A stretch of 64,000 nt of DNA from an uncultured Chlamydiae bacterium. GTDB lineage: Bacteria; Chlamydiota; Chlamydiia; Chlamydiales; Parachlamydiaceae. Within the stretch, counting starts at the first letter, position 1. Every line of letters starts with the position of its first letter. The stretch spans positions 1,728,001-1,792,000 of the forward strand of contig CAVWGN010000001.1 in NCBI GenBank assembly GCA_963754655.1. Reading direction: 5' to 3'. Positions 53,421 to 61,228 of this stretch are shown here, piece by piece. Both the position numbers and the translations under genes were made by a program. The notes below the pieces were generated by a model. The model was not told the DNA's origin, made no database searches, and saw only the letters and a program-made list of their open reading frames with translations.

Positions 53421-53564
53421 CGGGACTTAACAAAGAACTGTTTTTGGGCTTGGTATTCGTCGCGTCAATTTAACAACACCCCACCTGTAACAGGATTTAG
53501 AGGCATATTTCCCGAAAATGACGCGAAAAACATCAAGCCCAAAACAGTTCTTTGTTAAGTCCCG
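53421..53564. repeat. Module E, 144 bp (inverted copy at 55834-55977)
   Basis: TIRs CGGGACTTAACAAAGAACTGTTTT; flanked on both sides by GCCCAGGGC. Confidence 0.85.
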
Positions 53565-53606
53565 GCCCAGGGCTGGGATGAGAAAACGAGGGCTAAAAAC
53601 CGATTT

Positions 53607-55007
53607 TTACACAGCTAAAATCGCTAACGGTTCTGATTCCAATTCATTTGATTCTATAGTAAGTTCAATGACATCTGAATTTATTTTGCCCAAACTCAAA
53701 ACTTCTTTTCGTTTTGCTAAATCCGTTTTGCCAATCCATGTTTCTTCCCATTCCTCCAACATTTCGACTGACACCGTTTCTAAAGCCTCTTGTACGATAT
53801 CACAATTATTTTCCCCAACCATTCCTGCAAGACTTAGGATACTTTTAGTTATACTAGATGTCGCTTTGGTTCTCTCTACTATTATTTTCTGTCTTCCTAT
53901 CAAAGACTCTATTCCTTCGCTGCTTCCCACTAACACCTGTCCCTTGGATAGCACTCTACCTTCCTGTTTCAAAAAATAAAAAATCTCTTTTGCCAAATGT
54001 AGTGCTTCTGGTTTCAAACTTCTAAAGTGAAGTCTTGCTTTAAGAAAAAAAGTCGCATAGCTTCGTCTATGAAGACCTTCAGTTCTTACTAAATGCCTTG
54101 CCAAACGAATGATTTCTATCATCTGAGCATATTTTTCAATGACTTCTTCGAAATCGACTATCCAACCAGCTTTATCTTTTAATCTATTTATATCTAAATG
54201 GGGAATCGTCTCTTGCATTTGAAGAAGGTTTAAAATATCTTGTAGCCAATCAATTAAAATATCAGCATTCATGAATCGCGCTTTTTCTCTTTGTTTGGGA
54301 GGGCTCAAAAAAGCCTCTGGACTCTGTTTTGTCTTTTGTTTTGTATCTGTAATCAATTGAATTATGTGTTTCCAAGTATCATCTTTTTCCAGTTCCTTTT
54401 TTAATAGAATTGCTAGTTTATGGACCACATCATAGGTGTTTATTGTTTTTTCATGGTTTTGGCAATATAGTCTTACACCTTTATTTACATCACTGCCATG
54501 ATCTGCCACTATCTGCAGAAATGGGCCAATTTTTTCCGATATTTCTTCTAAAACATGCGCAACTTTTTCACCAGTTGATGAATTCATGGGTTGTAGCGCT
54601 AGTGGTTGGAAATCTTCATGATGAATATCAAAGCTGCCCCTTTTTTCAAACTTACTTTGTAATGTACTTAATTGAACTCCAAGAACTATTAAGCACTTTT
54701 GGTAACCAGCTTGAACTTTAAAATCAACAAGGATAATCCAATCTGAAGCCTTTTTCTTAGCCTTTATAAGCTTGTAAAGCCCATATCGTAAAAACCACAA
54801 TTCGACGCTTTTCCATGAAGGCTGGAAATTGAAATATTTAAATATTGGAATGTTACAACTCTGCATGGAGATGAAAATTCGCTGAATCGCTCTAAATGCT
54901 ATTGCAGCTAATGCAAGTGAAATCACAAAAAATATAAATAATATAGGATATTGATGTCGAGCGACCCTTCGATTGTTGCTAATTTCTTGCTCAATTATTG
55001 CACAAGC
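53607..55007 (-). CDS. Putative DDE transposase catalytic ORF (mutator/IS256-like), likely reached by -1 frameshift
   Basis: WIILVD, IVADHGSD, YDVVH (D-x2-H), SSEGIESLIG; frame stays open back to the A9G run at 55007-55016. Confidence 0.75.
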   Translation of the reverse strand, partial: ACAIIEQEISNNRRVARHQYPILFIFFVISLALAAIAFRAIQRIFISMQSCNIPIFKYFNFQPSWKSVELWFLRYGLYKLIKAKKKASDWIILVDFKVQAGYQKCLIVLGVQLSTLQSKFEKRGSFDIHHEDFQPLALQPMNSSTGEKVAHVLEEISEKIGPFLQIVADHGSDVNKGVRLYCQNHEKTINTYDVVHKLAILLKKELEKDDTWKHIIQLITDTKQKTKQSPEAFLSPPKQREKARFMNADILIDWLQDILNLLQMQETIPHLDINRLKDKAGWIVDFEEVIEKYAQMIEIIRLARHLVRTEGLHRRSYATFFLKARLHFRSLKPEALHLAKEIFYFLKQEGRVLSKGQVLVGSSEGIESLIGRQKIIVERTKATSSITKSILSLAGMVGENNCDIVQEALETVSVEMLEEWEETWIGKTDLAKRKEVLSLGKINSDVIELTIESNELESEPLAILAV

Positions 55008-55303
55008 TTTTTTTTTAATTCATCAATTTGCTTGTCTTTGATTTTACTTTTCTCTTCTACCTCTTCTAATCTCGACTGAAGGCATTTTATCTGTTTGTTT
55101 AATGCCAAGATATTATCTTGTTCCTTTTGTAGCCTTTCTCCTAATCGTTTCTTATCAGTCATTAGAGCTTGAATCTTAGTTCTTTTTTCTGCGTTTCTTT
55201 GCTTCCATTCATCACGACTTTCCTGGTAATGCTTCACTTGTTTACGTATATCTGAAGGACGCTCATGCTTTTGAGTGCTTTTTGAATCCATTTTATGCCT
55301 CAT
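54995..55303 (-). CDS. IS orfA, coiled-coil protein
   Basis: 102 aa helical ORF inside the TIRs, ending over the A9G slip site. Confidence 0.75.
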   Translation of the reverse strand: MRHKMDSKSTQKHERPSDIRKQVKHYQESRDEWKQRNAEKRTKIQALMTDKKRLGERLQKEQDNILALNKQIKCLQSRLEEVEEKSKIKDKQIDELKKKLVQ

Positions 55304-55428
55304 CTAATTTTGAGCAATCAATTATAAAAGCCTCTTTTTAAAAAGCCAAGCGAATTTAAAATAGGAGGAAAAGCGTTCTAATAATTAGTTGTTAAATATT
55401 TTTTTGTTTTCTCATCCCAGCCCAGGGC

Positions 55429-55824
55429 TGGGGTGTTCATTTTGTGCAAAAAATGAGCTTTATTTTTCACAATAATTGGCATAGTTGAATAGAAGGTCGC
55501 ATGTTTATGCCGTCCTTTCAGGACTCGATGTCTTTTTGATAGAACCCAGGCCTCCGCTTCGCTGCGACCTGGGCTGTAACATGACGGCCCTTCAGGCCTT
55601 AACAAAAAGATGATTTAGGGACTATAGAAGAGGGACTTAAACATCTCTTGTTAAGTCCTGAAGGGCCGTCATGTTACAGCCCAGGTCGCAGCGAAGCGGA
55701 GGCCTGGGTTCTATCAAAAAGACATCGAGTCCTGAAAGGACGGCATAAACATGCGACCTTCTATTCAACTATGCCAATTATTGTGAAAAATAAAGCTCAT
55801 TTTTTGCACAAAATGAACACCCCA
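55429..55824. repeat. Palindromic module B, 396 bp
   Basis: Nearly identical to 17125-17520. Confidence 0.9.
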
Positions 55825-56117
55825 GCCCTGGGCCGGGACTTAACAAAGAACTGTTTTGGGCTTGATGTTTTTCGCGTCATTTTCGGGAAATATGCCTCTA
55901 AATCCTGTTACAGGCGGGGTGTTGTTAAATTGACGCGACGAATACCAAGCCCAAAAACAGTTCTTTGTTAAGTCCCGGCCCTGGGCTATTTTCTTTGAAG
56001 CCTTTCAGGCTATTAAACAAATCATGCTATTGGTTATTTAAAGGATATCACTGATTCTTTAACCTCGCTTGCGTAAGGTGACTGATTTAAGAAAACAGAT
56101 TCATTTGATTTGAAAAT

Positions 56118-58040
56118 TTAGATCTGCAAATTGAAAAGCCCAGCCATCTTACTGAAAATGGTAGCCAAAACAAACTCTGGATCTTTTTTAAAGCTTTCGT
56201 CTGCAAACTGAAGAGCGCTGCCGTTTTGCTGAACGGCAGCGAAGACAATCTCTCGATCTTTTTTAAAGCTTTCATCTGCATATTTAAGAGCATATCCATC
56301 TTGATTAACGGCAGCCAAGACAATCTCTTGATCTTTTTTGAAGCTTTCAGCTGCATAGAAAAGAGTACGGACATTTTGCTGAATGGCAGCTAAGACAATC
56401 TCTCGATCGTGTTTAAGGCTTTTATTGGCATAGTCTAGAGCATTACCATCTTGCTTAACAGCTGCCAAGACAATCTCTCGATCTTTTTTAAAGCTTTCAG
56501 CTGCAAAGGTAAGAGCCATGCCATCTTGATGAATGGCAGCCAAGACAACTTCTCGATCTTTTTTAAAGCTTACATCTGCATATTGAAGAGCTAAGCCATC
56601 TTGCTGAACGGCAACTAAGACAATCTCTCGATCTTTTTTAAAGCTTTTATCGGCATAGGCAAGAGCCCTGCCACTTTGCTTAACGGTAGCCAAGACAATT
56701 TCTCGATCTTTTTGAAAACTTTCATCTGCATATTGAAGAGCTAAGCCATCTTGCTGAAAGGCAGCCAAAACAATCTCTCGATCTTTTTTAAAGCTTTCAT
56801 TTGCATATTTAAGAACCAAGCCATTTCGCTTAATGGCAGCAAAAAAAATATCTCGATCTTTTTTAAGACTTTCATCTGCATATTGAAGAGCTAAGCCATC
56901 TTGCTTAACGGCAGCCAAGACAATCTCTCGATCTTTTTTAAGAACTTCATTTGCATATTGAAGAGCGGCGCCATCTTGCTTAACGGCAGCCAAGACAATC
57001 TCTCGATCTTTTTTAAGAGTTTCATCTGCATAGAAAAGAGCTGTGCCATCTTGCTTAACGGCAGCCAAGACAATCTCTCGATCTTTTTTAAGAATTTCAT
57101 CTGCATAGAAAAGAGCGGCGCCACGTTGATGAACGGCAGCCAAGACAACCTCTCGATCTTTTTTAAGAGTTTCATCCGCATATACAAGAGCTATACTATT
57201 TTGCTGAACGGCAGCCAAGACAATCTCTCGATCTTTTTTAAAGCCTTCATCTACAAACTCAAGAGCCCAGCCACCTTGCTGAACGGCAATTAAGACAATC
57301 TCTCGATTTTTTTTAAGAATTCCATCTATATCAAAAACAGCATGTCCAAAACGGCGAGCAACTTGCATAAGTTTTTTTTTATCGTTAAAATTGGGAATTT
57401 TTTTAAGTGTGGAGATAACTGATTCTTTTGCCAGGTGCCATATTGGATCTCGACCACCTAGGTAAATTTTTGCAATAAAATCATTATTGATCACCATTAA
57501 TCTTTGGTCGTCGGTGCCCCATAAAAGAGAATTTAAAATAGATAATTGTCCTTCAGCCAATTGCTGGATGTTCTTATTGGCGCTGGTTTTACAATTTTGA
57601 AGATCCCATGGATAACGATCTAAAAGAGAAAGAAATAAACTATTAGAACAAAATAAATCTGATTTAACCATTAAAAATTTTCTAAAACTTTCTCCGTAGC
57701 AGTTTTGTTGGGCTCGATCAAGCAATTTAATTTCTTGAGATGTAAAATCCTTCTTTTGTTTAGTTGCGATACATTCCTCAGGAAAATTAATAGGGAATTG
57801 AGGACTCTTTTCAAGTTGAAAAAGAGTCTGCGCCAATGAGATGCAAGGATTTTTTTCAAAAACTCTTTTCCATCTTGTACAAGTGAGTAAAATAGAAAAA
57901 ACATCACCTAAAAGCGGCCTTTTTTGATTAACAACCCGATCAAAAAAAATTTCTAGTACTTCATCAGAAAGTACATTGTTTATGCAAACTTCGTTCGAAG
58001 TCCTTTGCATTGCTTGTGAATTAACGATCGCAAGTTGCAT
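56118..58040 (-). CDS. F-box-like + DUF4116-repeat protein (copy 5)
   Basis: 640 aa, same architecture; ends FSKMAGLFNLQI. Confidence 0.9.
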   Translation of the reverse strand: MQLAIVNSQAMQRTSNEVCINNVLSDEVLEIFFDRVVNQKRPLLGDVFSILLTCTRWKRVFEKNPCISLAQTLFQLEKSPQFPINFPEECIATKQKKDFTSQEIKLLDRAQQNCYGESFRKFLMVKSDLFCSNSLFLSLLDRYPWDLQNCKTSANKNIQQLAEGQLSILNSLLWGTDDQRLMVINNDFIAKIYLGGRDPIWHLAKESVISTLKKIPNFNDKKKLMQVARRFGHAVFDIDGILKKNREIVLIAVQQGGWALEFVDEGFKKDREIVLAAVQQNSIALVYADETLKKDREVVLAAVHQRGAALFYADEILKKDREIVLAAVKQDGTALFYADETLKKDREIVLAAVKQDGAALQYANEVLKKDREIVLAAVKQDGLALQYADESLKKDRDIFFAAIKRNGLVLKYANESFKKDREIVLAAFQQDGLALQYADESFQKDREIVLATVKQSGRALAYADKSFKKDREIVLVAVQQDGLALQYADVSFKKDREVVLAAIHQDGMALTFAAESFKKDREIVLAAVKQDGNALDYANKSLKHDREIVLAAIQQNVRTLFYAAESFKKDQEIVLAAVNQDGYALKYADESFKKDREIVFAAVQQNGSALQFADESFKKDPEFVLATIFSKMAGLFNLQI

Positions 58041-58322
58041 AAATACCCTTTAATTAATTTTATAATTTTTAAGCCTATAATCATAAAAACACAACATCTT
58101 TATTACAACTAAATTATTTTAATACGAATAAAATTCTTAACGAAATTAGGTTTTTTCTAATACAATTGTAATGCTATAACCGCTTTTTTTTAATTTCTTT
58201 TGAAAGCACATTTAAAATTTAACGCCATCCCCTCAAGTCTCACACTCCAAAATTTAGGGATAAAGAATGATCAACCAAATGATCTAAGAAAACAGAACTC
58301 ATTTTGATTTGAAAATTTAGAT

Positions 58323-58542
58323 CTACAAATTGAAAACTCCCTCCCTCTTACTGGAAGCGATAGCCAAAACAATCTCTTGATCTTTTTTAAGACTTCTATG
58401 TGCATATTTAAGAGCCAAGACATTTTGCTGAACGGCAGCCAAGACCATCTCTTGATCTTTTTTAAGGCTTTCATCTGCATAGTAAAGAGCATAACCATTT
58501 TCCTTAACGGCAGCCAAGATAATCCCTCGATTTTTTTAAGAC
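58323..58542 (-). pseudogene. Orphan DUF4116 repeat tail beyond the stop of copy 6
   Basis: About 3 repeats ending AIASSKREGVFNL*; no start or F-box. Confidence 0.8.
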
Positions 58543-60465
58543 TTACATCTGCAAATTGAAAAGCCCAAGCATCTTATTGAAAACAGTGGCCAAGACAAAC
58601 TCTCGATCTTGTTTAAAACTTTCGTCTGCATAGTCAAGAGCACTGCCATCTTGCTGGACAGCAGCCAAGACAATCTCTCGATCTTTTTTAAGGCTTTCAT
58701 CTGCATAGTCAAGAGCGCTGCCATCTTGCTTAACGGCAGCCAAGACAATCTCTCGATCTTTTTTAAGGCTTTCATCTGCAAATCGAAGAGCTAAGCCATT
58801 TTGCTTAACGGCAGCTAAGACAAACTCTCGATCTTTTTTAAGGCTTTCATCTGCATGGAGAAAAGCATTGCCAGTTTGCTTAACGGCAGCCAAGACAATC
58901 TCTCGATCTTTTTTAAGGCTTTCATCTGCATAACAAAGAGCATAACCACTTTGCTTAACGGCAGCCAAGATAATCCCTCGATCTTTTTTAAGGCTTTCAT
59001 CTGCAAATCGAAGAGCGTTGCCTCTTTGTTGGACTGCAGCTAAAACAATGTCTCGATCTTTTTTTAAACTTTCATCCGCATATTCAAGAGCTTTGCCTTT
59101 TTGCTTAACAGCAGCCAAGACAATCTCTCGATCTTTTTTAAAACTTTCATCTGCATCTTCAAGAGCCCAGCTATTTTGCTGAACGGCAGCCAAGACAAAC
59201 TCACGATCTTTTTTAAGGCTTTCATCTGCATATTCAAGAGCTAAGGCATTTTTCTCAATGGCAGACAAGACAATCTTTCGATCTTTTTTAAAGCTTTTAT
59301 CTGCATATTCAAGACCGCAGCCAGTTTGCTTAATGATAGCCAAGACAAACTCTTGATCTTTTTTAAGACTTTCATCTGCATATTCAAGAGCATAGCTATG
59401 TTGCTGAACGGCAGCCAGGACAATCTCTCGATCTTTTTTAAAGCTTTCATCTGCATATTCAAGAAACAAGCCATCTCGCTGAACGGCAGCCAAGATAATC
59501 TCTTGATCTTTTTTAAAGCTTTCATCTGCATATTTAAGAGCTCTACCATATTGCTGAACGGCAGCCAAGACAATCTCTCGATCTTTTTTAAGACTTTCAT
59601 CTGCATATTGAAGAGCTTGACCCTCTTGCTGAACGGCAGCTAAGACAATCTCTCGATCTTTTTTAAGACTTTCATCTGCAAATTCAAGAGCCATACCCTC
59701 TTGCTTAACGGCAGCTAAAACAATGTCTCGATCTGTTTTAAAGCTTTCATCTATATCAAAAACGGCATGTCCAAAACAGCAAGCCACTTGCATAAGTTTT
59801 TTTTTATCGTTAAAATTGGGAAATTTTTTAAGTGTAGAGATAACCGATTCTCTTGCCACCAGCCATATTGAATCTTCCACACCCAGGTAAAGTTTTGCAA
59901 TAAAATCCTTGTTGATCATCATTAATCTTTGGTCGTCAGTGCCCCATGCAAGAGAGTTTAAAATAGACAGTTGCTTTTCAGCCACTTGCCGGATGTTTTG
60001 ATTGGCGCTATTTTTGCAAACTCGAAGCTCCCATGGATAGCGATCCAAAAGAGAAAGAAATAAACTGTTAGTGCAAAACAACTGAGATTTAACCATTAAC
60101 AATTTTCTAAAAATTTCTTCGTAGGAGCTTTGTTGGACTCGATCAATCAACTTAAGTTCTTGAGATGTAAAATCCTTCTTTTGGTCAGGTGCGATACATT
60201 GTAGGGGAAAATTAATAGGGGCTTGAGGACTCTTTTTCAATTGAAAAAGACTCTGAGCCAAGGAGATGCAAGGATTCTTCTCAAAAACTCTTTTCCATCT
60301 TGTACAAGTGAGCAAAATAGAAGCAATATCACCTAAAAGCGGCCTTTTTTGATTAACAACCCGATCAAAAAAAATTTCTAACACCTCATCAGGCAGGATA
60401 TTATTTAAGCAAACTTCATTTAAATTTGTTTGCATTTTTTGTGAATTAACGAGCGTAAGTTGCAT
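58543..60465 (-). CDS. F-box-like + DUF4116-repeat protein (copy 6)
   Basis: 640 aa; ends FNKMLGLFNLQM. Confidence 0.9.
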   Translation of the reverse strand: MQLTLVNSQKMQTNLNEVCLNNILPDEVLEIFFDRVVNQKRPLLGDIASILLTCTRWKRVFEKNPCISLAQSLFQLKKSPQAPINFPLQCIAPDQKKDFTSQELKLIDRVQQSSYEEIFRKLLMVKSQLFCTNSLFLSLLDRYPWELRVCKNSANQNIRQVAEKQLSILNSLAWGTDDQRLMMINKDFIAKLYLGVEDSIWLVARESVISTLKKFPNFNDKKKLMQVACCFGHAVFDIDESFKTDRDIVLAAVKQEGMALEFADESLKKDREIVLAAVQQEGQALQYADESLKKDREIVLAAVQQYGRALKYADESFKKDQEIILAAVQRDGLFLEYADESFKKDREIVLAAVQQHSYALEYADESLKKDQEFVLAIIKQTGCGLEYADKSFKKDRKIVLSAIEKNALALEYADESLKKDREFVLAAVQQNSWALEDADESFKKDREIVLAAVKQKGKALEYADESLKKDRDIVLAAVQQRGNALRFADESLKKDRGIILAAVKQSGYALCYADESLKKDREIVLAAVKQTGNAFLHADESLKKDREFVLAAVKQNGLALRFADESLKKDREIVLAAVKQDGSALDYADESLKKDREIVLAAVQQDGSALDYADESFKQDREFVLATVFNKMLGLFNLQM

Positions 60466-60699
60466 AAATATCCTTTAATTAAGTTTGTAATTTTAAACTT
60501 TTAATAATTTTATAATAGTTAAGTTTATAAATATACAAACACAGCATCTTCATTACAAGTAAATTATTTTAATGCAAATAAAATATTTAACAAAATTATT
60601 TTTTTTCTAATACAATTGTAATGCTATAACTACTTCTTTTATTTTTTTTGAAAGCACATTTAAAATTTAACGCTATCCCCAAATCTTATACTCTAAGAG

Positions 60700-60747
60700 T
60701 TAAGAAGTGGCTTGAATTGCTTGTGAATTAACGAATGTAAGTTGCAT
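60700..60747 (-). pseudogene. 15-codon stub of a deleted DUF4116 gene
   Basis: MQLTFVNSQAIQATS* with the family SD (AAAGGA), joined directly to the shared 3' flank. Confidence 0.8.
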
Positions 60748-60892
60748 AAACATCCTTTAACTAATTTTATATTTCAACGTATTTGTAACATCATAATATT
60801 TAAATTTATAATTGTAAAATAATATATATATATATCGATTGCAAGTATGTTCTTTTGATATAGTTGAAAGCCTTAACAACTTGAGTTTTGAT

Positions 60893-61228
60893 TTAAAAAA
60901 ATAGGATGCATTTGATTTGAAAATTTAGATCTGCAAATTGAAAAAGCTCCGCCCTCTTACTGGAAGCGATAGCCAAGACAATCTCTTGATCTTTTCTAAG
61001 GCTTTTATGTACATATTGAAGAGCCAAGCCATCTTGCTGAACGGCAGCCAAGACAATTTCTCGATCTTTTCTAAAGTTTAGAGCATATTCAAGAGCTTTG
61101 CCATTTTGCTGAACAGCACTCAAGACAAACTCTCGATTTTTTTTAAAGCTTTCATCTGCATATTCAAGAGCATCTGCAGTTCGTTTAACGGCTGCTAAGA
61201 CAATCTCTCGATTTTTTTTAAGACTTAC
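60893..61228 (-). pseudogene. Orphan DUF4116 repeat tail beyond the stop of copy 7
   Basis: Open frame VSLKKNREIVLAAVKRTADALEY...AIASSKRAELFQFADLNFQIKCILFF*; resembles the 3' part of copy 3. Confidence 0.85.

Larger units (their letters stand above)
53574..55419 (-). mobile_element. Unclassified insertion sequence, 1846 bp
   Basis: TIRs TGGGATGAGAAAAC/GTTTTCTCATCCCA; direct repeats GCCCAGGGC at 53565-53573 and 55420-55428. Confidence 0.85.
53316..56082. mobile_element. 2767-bp composite foldback element F-E-IS-B-E'-F'
   Basis: ~260-bp near-perfect inverted arms starting GTCACCTTACGCAAG; 8-bp direct repeat TGATTTAA at 53308-53315 and 56083-56090. Confidence 0.9.

Noticed and set aside
53518..53979. 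153-aa + strand ORF
   Set aside because: Antisense to the transposase and starts inside module E.
17110..55971. Repeated small ORFs MLRPEGPSCYSPGRSEAEAWV... (17110, 17344, 39910, 55378, 55648)
   Set aside because: They are mirror-image translations of palindromic module B, with TTG starts and variable ends.
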